A stretch of 64,000 bases of DNA from Octopus bimaculoides. Lineage: Eukaryota. Both the position numbers and the translations under genes were made by a program. The stretch is taken from the NCBI RefSeq assembly GCF_001194135.2, contig NC_068988.1, positions 93,633,400 through 93,697,399 of the forward strand, given 5' to 3'. Shown one piece after another: positions 1-13,851 of the stretch. The notes below the pieces were generated by a model. It was given only the letters and a program-made list of their open reading frames with translations. It was not told the DNA's origin and searched no databases. How positions within the stretch are numbered: position 1 is the stretch's first letter; each line of letters opens with the position of its first letter.

Positions 1-1584
1 ATATATATATTTACATATATATATATATATAAACATACACACACGCACACACACACACGCACACATACATACACACACACACACAAACATTAAGCCATTG
101 CTGAGGACAATGTTATTTCCAGGGGTTTTTTCTCTTTTCTATTTTCGTCCCTTTAAAGTAAACTTTCGATTCTTACTGAAGAAACGTATCCCCGTTTCTT
201 GTTGCTTGATTAAACCTTGGAGAACCTTTAAAGTTGAACTTTTAGAAGTGGTCCACTGACTTGACTAGTTTCTTCTTTATTTCTGGAGTGAAATAACAAG
301 TTTAGGCTTGTTTTGTTTAGTGATTTATTTATTTTAGTCAGTTTTTCTTTTGCGGACAATTAGAATCAGTCTAAAGATGGAACACTAACGCCTGTGTGAA
401 GAAAAGAAGCCTTGAAAATTAAGCTAACAACAAAGAGAAGAGATCTTATTACGAGCTGTGAAAACAAAACTAAACAAAAGTGAAACAACTGACAAAATTA
501 GAATCAGAACAAAGCCATTATTATGCGAGTAAGCAGGTTGAGCAGACATCTTGCAAGATCTATTTTCCCAAATGTCTGAATGATGCAGTAACTAAAGCTC
601 TTTGAAATTATCCATTGAGCCTCATTTACAAGGTGTGCCAATTCGATTGAAATGGTAACGGGGTAATCTATTGGAAGAATTGCTGACAAAACCTATCCTA
701 TCATGTTACGGAAAATTGTTCTAGACATGTGCGGAAAAAAATTCTATTTTATTTGTAGAAAGAGGAAGAGGAGTTTAAAGCAAAAAATAAAACTTAGCAA
801 GGATAGAATTTCTTTGAGAGTTAATGTGAAATTTTACGAGAAATTAAAACTTGAATGACTTTGAAAACTTGCAGATTTTGTAAACTTGCAATTATAGTTT
901 GTTGCAAATAAGCATTGAAAGAAATAATTGCTTGTGAAGGAAACTGTACGACAGTCTTCTTCAAGGTCTGCTAATTCAATTATATAACTATTTTTCGGTG
1001 TTAGAGTTGGTACTAGCCACGTAAACAGAGACGCAAACAATCAACTAAGGCATCGGTAGTTCCTATTGTAATATTGATGGTGGCAACATAAATATCGTTA
1101 GTTATACTGGAAGTTTGCTTCGAATACGAAGAGTCAGAGCCACTGAGCAGTGCTGGATTGTGTCGTTTGAATATCATTTGAGAGCACAATATTAGATAAC
1201 AGTAATCATGTCATTCATATTAAATTCATGTATGCATTCGCTGTCACGTCAGTGATGTAGAATGCAAGTTGAATAAGGACTGTCAAAGGAAAAACAGAGA
1301 GCGAGGACCAAAGTGAAATTGGATTAAGGGGTGGCGGGTAGCATTTACAGAAAATACGGCAGAGTGTGTGTGTGTGTGTGTGTGTAAATACACACACACA
1401 TATTCATATAGAATTTATATATATNNNNNNNNNNNNNNNNNNNNNNNNNNNNNNNNNNNNNNNNNNNNNNNNNNNNNNNNNNNNNNNNNNNNNNNNNNNN
1501 NNNNNNNNNNNNNNNNNNNNNNNNNNNNNNNNNNNNNNNNNNNNNNNNNNNNNNNNNNTATATATATATATATATATCTTTGTT

Positions 1585-1627
1585 GCTGTACACATTCGCT
1601 GTACACATTCGCTGTACACATTCGCTG
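1585..1627. repeat. 13-bp tandem repeat (gctgtacacattc) x3
   Basis: Three exact units plus gctg. Confidence 0.9.
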
Positions 1628-2209
1628 GTATGAAATATTCTGGCACAGCGGTGTTGGCGCTGCTTATTTGGCGCTACTGATTCGACGCTGACTTGTTTGA
1701 CACCAGACATTTTTATGTTTCTTTCCTTGTCTCCTTCTCTTCCGCCTTAATGCTGAAACTGGACATCAACCGTATCAGGCTTGCTGGTGTCGGAAGGCCA
1801 ACGGATGTCATAGGTTATTTCGTTTGTATACCTCAACGTCATTCCAAATTCTCAATATCACTCGTCTGATTCAGACGAAAGATTAAGTTGACTATGGTTG
1901 GCTTGAGATCAAAACTAAACATCGTTATGCATTTAATCTTACAATCTATAGTTGTTTTCACTAATATAGATTATATTAATAAAGTTTTATACATTTGCTC
2001 TAATCCATTTCAATAGATTAAATCTATTTTCTGTTTCAATTCATAATTATTTATCAAACAACTTGTCTTTTTTTTTTTACTTTATTATTTCATATTTCGT
2101 ACAACTTACTCAAATTCCTCAGCCAGGAGTCTACCGCACGAAAGATGACCGGATTTTCTTCTTGGCGTTACTACAAAGCACTACTGTTAGGCGCAAAAAC
2201 AACGAAAAT

Positions 2210-2233
2210 AATAATAATAATAATAATAATAAC

Positions 2234-2301
<68 letters not shown>

Positions 2302-2323
2302 TGATAATAATAATAATAATAAT
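2210..2323. repeat. (AAT)n microsatellite
   Basis: Direct reading. Similar arrays at 12533-12667, 16660-16730, 40711-40744, 48375-48480, 50965-51030, 57770-57897. Confidence 0.95.
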
Positions 2324-2972
2324 AGCCAAAATAACAACAGAAGCAGTAACAGCCGTTTTGACCGCTGTTGTGCGTACATCAGAAAATCGCTTAAGCGAAT
2401 AACATCATTGGTGGCAGGTGTCAAAAGCTTGTTTTCACCTCATCCACCAGAAAGAAGACGCAGGTGTAGGACTAAAGACACACAAATCCCTAACATAAAT
2501 CTTTCCAAACCTACAAACTTCGTTGCAAAACAGAGAGAAGTGAAAGTTATTCTGCTCGTATTATTTTCTTTTGGTTGTTTTATGTTTGTTTATATAGTTC
2601 TTCTAGTGGCTGATGGTGCCATAGTTGTTGCTTCCGCCGTTTTGAAGAGGGAACGGAGTGGAGGAAGTTAATGTTAGCGTTTCAAAGAGTAGAGTTTAAT
2701 ATCATAATTGTCAAAAAGGAGACGGGGAGCAGAGAGGGGGCAGGGCAAAGAAAGACAGTAGGGACGACCGAAAGGGAACAAGTGAGAGTCGATTAATATC
2801 TTCTGTAGACTACAGAAGGGTGTAGTCTGCAAATAAATAAATACAAAGTCACACTGTCATACAAGCTTCGATCTTAAGACACCCAGTTGTATCATTGCGT
2901 GTGTATGTATGAGTATACATGTATAAACACAAAGGAAGTGTAAAACAGATTATATACGCACGCACACGAGTA

Positions 2973-3216
2973 CAAGTGGCTGAGCACTCCACAGACACGT
3001 GTACCCTTAACGTAGTTCTCGGGGATATTCAGCGTGACACAGTGTGACAAGGCTGGCCCTTTGAATTACAAGTACAACAGAAACAGGAAGAAAGAGTGAG
3101 AGAAAGTTGTGGTGGAAGTGTACAGCAGGGTTCGCCACCATCCCCTGCCGAAGCCTCGAAACCGCGATCCTATGACCGCGAGTCCGCTGCCTTAACCACT
3201 GGGCCATTGCGCCTCC
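2973..3216 (-). mobile_element. Family A SINE, internally deleted copy
   Basis: Reverse complement of the 17702-18090 head and central segment. Confidence 0.82.
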
Positions 3217-3804
3217 ACTGTTTGTGTAATGGCTATAATACGTCGTACACTTGCGTTTGTTTCTCGCTGAAGCTCACGAACGAACGACTGACCACGCTAG
3301 TTTATTATTATCATTGTCTTCCATCAATGTACAAAACGAAGTCTTTCACACGCGTGATTTCTCCTTTAACAAATGTATCCTTTATATATTCTCCATATTA
3401 ACGAGAAAATTTTCCTCGTTTTGTTATTCGCCATTACAAACCACCAAATTCTTCCTTTCGTTTCTTTTGTTTCATTACAGCTCATTATTTCCCTTTTTCT
3501 TTTATTTTCCTTTTTTTTTTTTGTCCCAGTAACTGAAAACCGTTGCTAAATTTTTATGAAGGCAAACAATTTGAAGACTTTCGATCATTTTCCCCTTAAT
3601 TAACTCGTGGTGCTAATCAAATTCGCAGGCCAGTTCCATTTCCGGATATAGGACAGTCTTATTGATAGGGACTGTCACCTCACACGAGATAGTAAAAACA
3701 TTACTATTCCGTTCTTGACAAGCAAAACTAGCGGAGAATGAAATCGGTGACTTGTTTAATTTCCCATATTTGCTGTTTCACTTCGAACATACTTTACAAC
3801 TACG

Positions 3805-3960
3805 TGATTTGGGTTCAGTCCCATTGCGCGGCATCTCGGGCAAGTGTCTCCTAGTATAACCCCAGGCCGACCAAAGTCTTGTGAATGGATTTGGTTGAAG
3901 TAAACTGAAGGAAGCTTCTCGTATATGCGTATGTGTGTCTGTGTGTCTGTGTGTCTGTGT
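3805..3960 (+). mobile_element. Family B SINE 5' half
   Basis: gggttcagtcccattgcgcggcatctcgggcaagtgtct... followed by (TG)n. Confidence 0.75.
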
Positions 3961-4336
3961 GTGTGCTAGCTTCCGAACGATGTCACACCGCTGGCAGGGC
4001 GAGCAGACTTATATATGAATANNNNNNNNNNNNNNNNNNNNNNNNNNNNNNNNNNNNNNNNNNNNNNNNNNNNNNNNNNNNNNNNNNNNNNNNNNNNNNN
4101 NNNNNNNNNNNNNNNNNNNNNNNNNNNNNNNNNNNNNNNNNNNNNNNNNNNNNNNNNNNNNNNNNNNNNNNNNNNNNNNNNNNNNNNNNNNNNNNNNNNN
4201 NNNNNNNNNNNNNNNNNNNNNNNNNNNNNNNNNNNNNNNNNNNNNNNNNNNNNNNNNNNNNNNNNNNNNNNNNNNNNNNNNNNNNNNNNNNNNNNNNNNN
4301 NNNNNNNNNNNNNNNNNNNNNNNNNNNNNNNNNNNN

Positions 4337-4660
4337 GAAATGCTTAGCGGTATTTCATCTGCCACTGCGTTCTGAGTTCAAATTCCGCCGAGGTCGACTT
4401 TGCCTTTCATCCTTGCGGGGTCGATAAATTAAGTACCAGTTACGCACTGAGGTCGATATAATCGACTTAATCCGTTTGTCTGTCCTTGTTTGTCCCCTCT
4501 GTGTGTAGCCCTTTGTGGGCAATAAAGAAATAGGTATTTCATCTGTCTTTACGCTCTGAGTTCAAATTCCTTTAATCCTTTCAGGGTCGATAAATTAAGT
4601 ACCAGTTTAATTGACTAGACTCCACCCAAAAATTTCGGGCCTTGTGCCTAGAGTAGAAAA
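4337..4660 (+). mobile_element. Two tandem family C tRNA SINEs with different tails (C2 4337-4532, C1 4533-4660)
   Basis: B box ctgagttcaaattcc, body gaggtcgactttgcctttcatcc...gtcgataaattaagtaccagtt. Tails are ...gtagccctttgtgggcaataaagaaata versus ...aaaatttcgggccttgtgcctagagtagaaaa. Confidence 0.82.
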
Positions 4661-4748
4661 TCGTGTTTCCATGACATGAAACTATTCGTAGCTCTTATTT
4701 AAATACTGTGTTTCTTTATTTCTGTCTCGTTGTCTCTGTCTGCCTCCG

Positions 4749-4795
<47 letters not shown>

Positions 4796-4879
4796 GCTTT
4801 TCCTTCCTGAGCAAAAAGACAAAAATTGCTTTTGCTACCGTACATGTACTAAGTTTTCTCTTCTGCTCTCTATGACTGT

Positions 4880-4990
4880 TAATGGGATGCGTGCCTCTAA
4901 GGTTCTCAGCTACATGCACGTTAATTTCACGAACAGGCTGTTGCGTTGATCGGATCAAGTCGTTAGTTACGGGTAAGTACGACGACGTCT
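4880..4990 (+). mobile_element. Family A SINE 3' fragment
   Basis: gcacgttaatttcacgaacaggctgttgcgttgatcggatcaa matches ~18000-18050. Confidence 0.7.
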
Positions 4991-5149
4991 TTGGAGAAAC
5001 TCTGGGCGTCGAGCAGGTGGTTTGCTTTGGTGTTAAGCCAAATGGTGTATTAAATCTCAGTGTTTCGCAGAAAAGGTCGGAATAACGAGATGCTGACCTC
5101 CGGCAATCGTAACTAGCCTTGGGTATTTGTCACAACTAACAGCAACAGA

Positions 5150-5760
5150 AACTGACTATTGTACAGCGAAAGGTGTTGAAAGTCAATGATTTGATTACAA
5201 TGGTTAATCTGATAACAGGATTATTCACTCTGACCTTGATGAATGTGCATCGCAACTGGTAAGGGATAGAATGCTTCCCAAATGTTAAAATTCAAAGAGA
5301 TGCCGTAATACAGTTAATCTGGTACTTGACCGGATAAACTTCATTATGATCACTCTTAAGAATAAAAACTGTTGCATTGTTTGTTTTATAACCAAACTTT
5401 TGTACAACAAAGTTTCAAACAAGTTTTTCCAAGACGCTCAAGTATTCAGTATAGATTGTCTAAAATCTTAAGTTATATTTTGAAAAGCGCCCAACATACC
5501 TAGACATCCCTTCTAGCACATCGTTTGAGAATCGCTCTTCTAGAAGTTTGGATCGAACTCGACTTTTGCATCATAAGCCAAAGCTTTGTTAGCTATTTCT
5601 TTCTTTACGAAAAAATCATCGTATTTGATGCTATATGATACACATTTTTCCCTTGAACATGCGCTGCTGAAATTGCGGTTGTGTCTAATATATACTCGTG
5701 CGTCTTTTATGCCATCAAATACGGTATTCAGATCACCAGAACTTTCTCATGATTTTGAGT
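5150..5760 (-). pseudogene. Degenerate RTE-like LINE reverse-transcriptase remnant
   Basis: Minus-strand translation with stops and frameshifts gives NLRF*DNL (cf. NLRFADDI), EF*HLGSILS (cf. F.YLGS.I) and LYNSQFLLLL (cf. LY.SLVLSVLLYG), in RTE order. Confidence 0.5.
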
Positions 5761-6271
5761 CGACAACAACGAAGACATAAAAAAATAAAACAACTGCCTG
5801 ACGTCCATTTTCTTTTGTACGGCTCATCATCCATTGTCACTTCCTTGTCGTCTGCTCATTGAGTTTTCTTATCGCTCTCAACTAACATCGACTTTTTTCG
5901 GGATATTTTTTTTCTTTTCCCTTTTTCAAGGCTATCAGATTTGTTTACAACCGGATATATACTACCTTATACTCTTCTTCCACTTTTTTTCCTCTTTCTT
6001 CTTGTTGATCTTCTTATCTTTATATTTCTATCTCATCTAGCTTTAACTCCATTTTCATCTTTTTTCTTTCTTACACTCACTTTCCCCTCTTCTTCTTATT
6101 CCTTCTTTATTTTCACCTTCTTCTATTTTTACTCTTTCTTTCAATCTATTCACTTACTTCGCTATATTTATTTATTCTTATATAAAACTTTCATCATAAA
6201 CGACCTATAAACATACCTAGCTACTAAACATACAGCTTAGATGTCTGACGGCGCGCGCGTGTGTAAGCGTT

Positions 6272-6272
<1 letters not shown>

Positions 6273-6318
<46 letters not shown>

Positions 6319-6410
6319 CTCTCTCTCTGTATCTCTCTCTCTCTCTCTCTCTCTGTATCTCTCTCTCTCTCTCTCTCTCTGTATCTCTCTCTATCTCTCT
6401 CTCTATCTCT

Positions 6411-6460
<50 letters not shown>
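6273..6460. repeat. (CT)n microsatellite
   Basis: Direct reading. Further CT/GA arrays at 4752-4795, 6853-6925, 9040-9260, 24430-24560, 53520-53640, 61412-61482. Confidence 0.95.
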
Positions 6461-6461
<1 letters not shown>

Positions 6462-6868
6462 ACACATATACACATATTTCCCCAATCATGTGTAGTAGTT
6501 GCATGAATGTATATTTTCAGAAGTCGAAAAGAAAGCGGGAGTTTTGTATGTTATGTGTGTTTTAGCGCGTGTCAACACAAACTCGATGTCATTACTTTGG
6601 TGTTCAAGTGTCAATTTACACGTTTCTGCATAAACTAGATTTTCCATTCCAGCTAACCTTCTCAAGTACGCCCGTTCAAGTTAAGCGTATATTTTTCCTA
6701 TCTTCTGAAAGTCGTTTCTTTGTTGTCCTACACGCTTGTAATCACCCGTGATCAAGGCGAGTGTATTTAGCTGCTTGTTGAAATATCTCACTCAGAGCCG
6801 TCCAAGTGCAAATAAGAAGAAAAAAAAACCTTCCATATTTCTTCACCTCGACTCTCTCTCTCTCTCTT

Positions 6869-6941
<73 letters not shown>

Positions 6942-7329
6942 TTACCTATCTATCTCCAGACTGTTTCTATTATTTCGTTTCCCCTTTAAGAGACGTTTTA
7001 TTAATTACGACTTAAGAATCTGTAGACTTCCGGATAAAATGTTGGCTAGTTAGATCCATTTTACGTTTTGAGGTCAAATTCAGCCGAGGTCGGAATTATC
7101 TCCTTTTTCAGACTCGGGGAAAAAACCCCAAAAAACATAAAATAAAAGAAAGAAACACTGTATAGTGTGTCGTGTATGGTCATTAGGAGTGATGTGAATT
7201 TTCGAAGCGAGTCGGAAAAGGCCTGACTAATTAGAGTGATTGTAATGAAGTATGACCGTACCTTTGCAGCAAGGAAAAATGCATAAATCCATTTCTATTT
7301 TAAAACAATTTTAATATTCAGCATGGCTT

Positions 7330-7920
7330 CACTCACCAACACACTGCAATCTCTGACCCAAGAGAGCTGTTGTCTCCTCACAAACTTTTTTTCTACATCC
7401 TCTCTGTAGATCCACTGGCCTCGCGCTTCCTCCACTCAACCCTGCCCGATAGATTCTTCTTTTCTCCTCTGTTCAACCATGATCTCCGATAACCGCTGTG
7501 TCCAATCCTTTGACTCCATGATGTCATACATCTAGTAATTCTCTATGTCCACATACCCCACCCGCCACTGTTGTTGATTTGCAGTAAGTAAAAAAAAAAA
7601 CATCACTCATATCGATCCTATTAGACTTAGGAGTCTGTTGAAATCCATGGATACAGTCTCATCCTTTTTTTCTTCTTCTCTTAACCATTTTCTTTCCACT
7701 TGGGTAGAGTTTGCTGATCGGAGGAGTGGATTGCAAAAGCCTCGAAAACTTGCTCAGACCTTTCCATTTGTTTGACAGGTACCGACTGGATTTCCCGAAT
7801 GTACCAATATAGATAAAGACAAACCGCATAGGGACATCCAATGAGTGTCCAGACAGAATATTCTGCTGGCCAGTAGACCAGGATAGCATGGGTCCACCAC
7901 ACTTTAAAGTCTCTAAAAAT
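7330..7920 (-). pseudogene. Probable decayed LINE ORF remnant
   Basis: Higher-complexity purine-rich minus strand with broken frames (ORFs 7659-7889, 7681-7902). No diagnostic motif. Confidence 0.3.
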
Positions 7921-8229
7921 TACAAATTTGTGATCAATGTGGTCGACTGAGATAGGCTTTGTAGGTAAGAAGCTGTTTTTTTGTTTTGGCTTTTTTGTCA
8001 GCCATTTTCTGTCTACTTCTGAAAGAAAGTCTCCGCAAGCCGTGGCTAGATTTTTTTTTTTCGATTCACTTCCTGATGTTGCCAGCTGAGAGTATCGCTC
8101 CAGTGTTTGTACCTCTTATCACACCATTTCTTTCATGATTTTCCTCGTTTACTCTTCTTAGCACTTCTTTGCTGCTACAGATTATTATTCAGCGATTGTT
8201 GACCATAAAAATGTTTGGCCTGATTCCTA

Positions 8230-8600
8230 AGTATGCAAAGTAATGGGAAAGGAAAGGGAAGTCTTTGAGATGTGAATCTTTCGTAGATTGGGTAGAATAA
8301 GCTGGTAAGACAGCGTAATGAACGGTGCAGCACCAGAAAAGCTGAAGAGCCAAAGACAAGTATTGTCGCGAATCAAACCGGCAAAGCTTTCATATTTTGC
8401 GCATACAATGTGCCACGAGTCATTGTCCAAGAACATCCTGATAAGAAATATGAAGGAGGGACGAGAAAGAGGCCGTAAAGGACGTTTGTGGACTGATTAC
8501 ATGAAAGAATGGACTGGAATGAAGAGCCTGGCTGATTGCAAGCATGCGGCGCAATTTAGAGGGAACTGGAAAGTTTTGGCAAACTGGCCCCTGGGCAAGT
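8230..8600 (+). pseudogene. RTE-clade LINE ORF2 C-terminal remnant
   Basis: VFEM*IFRRLGRISW...IKPAKLSYFAHTMCHESLSKNIL...GRERGRKGRLWTDYMKEWTG...W matches the RTE C-terminus (FEMW.YRR.LRISW; KL.YFGH.MR; G.R.RGR...W.D.IKEWTG). Confidence 0.8.
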
Positions 8601-8787
8601 GGCAGATCATTTGGCAACTCTTTTTAGATAACCAAAAAGCAAAAAAAAAAAACCCTTTCGGTCATTTCTCTTGTAAGTTGTTGTTGTTGTTTATCTCCGG
8701 GTCAAACTGATAGAATAAATTTATTACCAAAGACCGTTTTAGCCATGACTATACTTGTTTCTTCATTGGGGGTATGTACCCCCGAAA

Positions 8788-8975
8788 AGCAGCATGCTGG
8801 CAGAATCGTTAGCATGTCGAACAAAATGTTTAGTGGATCTTTACATTTTGAGTTCAAATCCCACCGAGGTCAATCTTGCCTTCTACCCATTCGTGGGTCG
8901 GTAGAATAAAATCCCCAGTACTGGGGTCAATGTAATCGACAGCCCCCATCCCTTAAAAACTGCTGGCTTTAAACC
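8788..8975 (+). mobile_element. Family C SINE
   Basis: tggcagaatcgttagc A-box region, tgagttcaaatccc B box and C body. Confidence 0.78.
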
Positions 8976-9775
8976 CTGCAACCGGAACATAGTGGTATAG
9001 TAACATACACATACACATACACACGTATCTATCTTACAGCTCTCTCCCTCTCTCTCTCCCTCTCTCTCTCTCTCCCTCTCTCTCTCCCTNNNNNNNNNNN
9101 NNNNNNNNNNNNNNNNNNNNNNNNNNNNNNNNNNNNNNNNNNNNNNNNNNNNNNNNNNNCCCTCTCTCTCTCCCTCTCTCTCTCTCCCTCTCTGTCTCCC
9201 TCTCTGTCTCCCCCTCTCTCTCTCTTCCTCTCCTCCTTTCTCTCTCCCTCTTTCTGTTTATCCCTCTTTAAACATTTGTCTCTTACTCTCCTCTTCCTCA
9301 TACATAATATCAGCCTCTTTCTCGCCGACATTTCGATTCTGTTCTTCTTCCTTCACTCCCCTTATCCTTCTCTCGTACCCTCTCTCTCTCTCTTTCCTCA
9401 CGTCCTCTCCTCCCCTTCTTCCTAAACTCTCTCTACCTATCTTCTTCACCCTCTCCTTCTCTAATTCCCCTCTGCCGTCGTCACCCTTCTGATCACTCAT
9501 TATTTTCATTCTTTTCTCGACTCTGGAATGTTTCCTTGATTTGCCAGTCACTCTTCTGTCTTAACTAATTACTTCCATCTCAGTGTCATTTCTGTCCTTC
9601 CATCAATTTCAACTAAGCTTGTCCCACAATCCGCTTTCTCATAATTCCATAATATTTACTTTCATTCATCCATCACCCATTTCAATTTCTTTCACTTTCT
9701 CTTTCTCTCTCTCTTGCTCCTTCATTCTTTATATGTTTAATTGGTTGGCTACCTAGCTCTTACCTTTTTCTCTGC

Positions 9776-9828
<53 letters not shown>

Positions 9829-9935
9829 CACCCATCCATCCATCTATCTATTTATTTATCTATCTATCTATCTATCTGTCTTTCTGTCTGTCTGTCTGTC
9901 TGTCTATCTGTGTGTGTCTCTGTATTTCTTTCTTT

Positions 9936-9975
<40 letters not shown>

Positions 9976-10317
9976 ATGTGTGTATTTAGTTTGCTTCCGC
10001 TCTTCTTAGTCTTTTTCTTTGTAACATCCATCACCTCAGACATGAAATACGACAAACGAAACCAAAATGACAATATCATGAAAGTAAAAGCCCTTGAACT
10101 ATAAACGCATCGAAACTAAACAGATTGTGGTCGCCATGGCTGATGAGAGGTGCGTAATGTTTGATTTACTATTTTCCGTAAATCGTTTCCGCGTTCCATT
10201 CGATTTTACTTTCCAGATTTCTAGCGTACACAGTTTCATATCACTTATCCATTGAGAACTGGTTTCTACGGTTATATCATTTTCATTTCTATAAGACAGG
10301 TGAGCTGCTAGATGCAG

Positions 10318-10502
10318 GAGGAGGAAAGAGTGAGAGAAAATTGTGGCGAAAGAGTCAGTTGAACTTCGCCATTACCTTCTGCTGGAGCCGCGTGGAGCTT
10401 AGGTGTTTCGCTCATAAACACACGCATTGCTCAGTCTGTGATTCGAACCCGCGATCCCTCGACCGCGAGTCTGCTGCTCTAACCACTGGGCCATGTGCCT
10501 CC
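10318..10502 (-). mobile_element. Family A SINE 5' half
   Basis: Reverse-complement A and B boxes plus body similar to 17702-17890. Confidence 0.78.
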
Positions 10503-11269
10503 ACTTTTCTTTTCATATGCTCATTAAATATTCGTGTTGTGACTTCGGTTCTTCTTCCTATGTTTATCCAAAGACGACGACACATCCGTCTTAGTTCCAC
10601 CCACAACAACGACATACCTTTCTGAAAGCCACGTCATACCCTTCTATCTATTTTCCCCATCACCAGTCATTACTTTCACTATGCAAACACACAATCATTT
10701 ATCTCATTTGTCTTACAGTTGCCTTATCTCCAACACCCGTCTTACTAAGTGACTTGTGCGCCACCATCACCTCCACGCATATACACACACTATTACACTT
10801 ATATTTATTTAAATTGCTTTGTTATTTTTGCCTCTTCGAACATCCACTCTTCCACGCTTGGCACGCTACGCAAACGACATTACCGAAATACCTCGTGTGC
10901 AAATTATAATCCCACATCTGTTGCAATCACGTGACGTCGCAGTGCATCGCACTTGAGAAATGTGGAAAACATCGTTAAACTGATTAGTGAACGGTTAACG
11001 TCAAAGTGAGGAAGTAAGGAAGGAAATGTAAACAGAACTTAATGGATCTGTGGATTTAATTTAACGACGACTTGTTTGAATATCAGCTGAAGAGACCCAA
11101 AATGTTAATGAGTTATCTATGGTAGCCTAATTGGGATACAATATTGATTTCATTCAAATGAGCGTAATGTTTGGTGGCGATGGGGTAACGGAATTTATAG
11201 AACCGACTTCAGAATATTAACGGTACTTTTATATTTTATATTATGATTTATGAATCATACAGCCGTTGG

Positions 11270-11410
<141 letters not shown>

Positions 11411-11907
11411 AGGTACTAGTAACATGCAATCCAGTAGACCGTGTTTTACTGTCGGGTCATCGGTGACCAAACGGCAGCTCTAGCACGTGAGCCGGTTCAG
11501 AAAATTTGTTAGGATCCAACAGGACAAACACATGGCATATCAATAGGACAGATGAACCCAGAATCAACAACAGATTGAACCATAACGGATTGATCCCATT
11601 CAAAAATGTTATCCATGCCAGCAAATGTTTGATGTTTCATTCTTGGTGCATTCGTGTTTGTGTTTGCAGATAACGTGGTCTGCGATGTTAATGCAAATCA
11701 TCATCGATTCATTCGGGTTTTGCATTCTAACCTTCGCTGGCTTGCACCCTTTTGGTATTACATAATTAGAACGAGTGAATAGGTTAGACTCTGCTCAAAC
11801 TTATCCTGCTTATAACGAATTATTCCTGTGGATTGTTCAGTAATATTTCCTTTCACGTTTTCTTTAATGATCGTTCTTATTTCGTTGACAACTGGGGCAT
11901 CTCTCTC

Positions 11908-11962
<55 letters not shown>

Positions 11963-12336
11963 TACACACACACACACACACACGCACACACACAGAGGAA
12001 GAGAGAGAAAGACAGACAGAGAGGCAGACAGAGCGGGAGATGCATACATATGACCGACATATAGAGAGATTAAGAATGATTTTCTTAATTGCTCTTTCAG
12101 TTGTTGAAATCAAACAACGATCGTGTTTGAATGAAATTGGCACTAGGTATAAATCTTTCCAGAAAAAGCAGATGTTGAAAACCTTCTCTGCTGGTCACGC
12201 GATAAAAATCTCTCTATCGCACTTTGTCCTGTCAACATGGCAAGATAATCTGTTACTTCCTATTCAAAAGACGAAGCGATCCAACTCGTTTTCTTCTTTT
12301 TTTTATGATTAAAATAATAATAATAATAATAATAAT

Positions 12337-12879
<543 letters not shown>

Positions 12880-13163
12880 TAATAATAATGGTTTCAAATT
12901 TTGCCACAAGGGTAGCAATTTTGGAGAAGAGGATGTGTCGATTATTTTCATTTTTGCGTAATTTAGACGAATTTTATTCCCCGCACCCTGTATGTATATA
13001 TATGTATGTATATATNNNNNNNNNNNNNNNNNNNNNNNNNNNNNNNNNNNNNNNNNNNNNNNNNNNNNNNNNNNNNNNNNNNNNNNNNNNNNNNNNNNNN
13101 NNNNNNNNNNNNNNNNNNNNNNNNNNNNNNNNNNNNNNNNNNNNNNNNNNNNNNNNNNNNNNN

Positions 13164-13216
<53 letters not shown>

Positions 13217-13749
13217 TTCGTTTTCTCTTCTCTAATTCCTTTTTCTCCCCTTCTGTCTGTCCCTCTCTCTATCACTCTTCCTCCTTGACTCACTCGTTGC
13301 TCACACGTGACCATCGGCCATTTTTCTTTCCCTCACTTGATCATCTTTCTTTTCTTTCAGTCTACCGCACAGATCAGACGCATTCTTGTTTGTCTCCTCT
13401 CCTGTCTTTTCTCCTGTTCTTTATGTTACTTGTCTTGTTTTCCATTTGTTTCTTTCGTTGTTCGCATACAAAAGTTCGTATTCCATATTTTCGTATTTCA
13501 TGTTGTTTACGTTTTGTAACATCCTGTACCCATATATGCATATATATATATACATATATATGTAAGTATGTATATATGCATATATATATTATTTATATTA
13601 TATACACACGCACACACACGCACACGCACATATGTATATGCATATATATATATATATATGTATGTACGTATGTATTTTTGTATACGGACATACATATATG
13701 CATATATATGTATATATAATATTAATGATATATGCGCGCCCGCACACAC

Positions 13750-13810
<61 letters not shown>

Positions 13811-13811
13811 G

Positions 13812-13851
<40 letters not shown>

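Noticed and set aside
300-1050. Higher-complexity AT-rich block with short minus-strand ORFs
   Set aside because: May be an old transposon relic, but I could not identify any diagnostic motif.
2063-2671. 202-aa ORF with poly-Asn
   Set aside because: Openness is due to the (AAT)n array; no recognisable domain or credible splice context.
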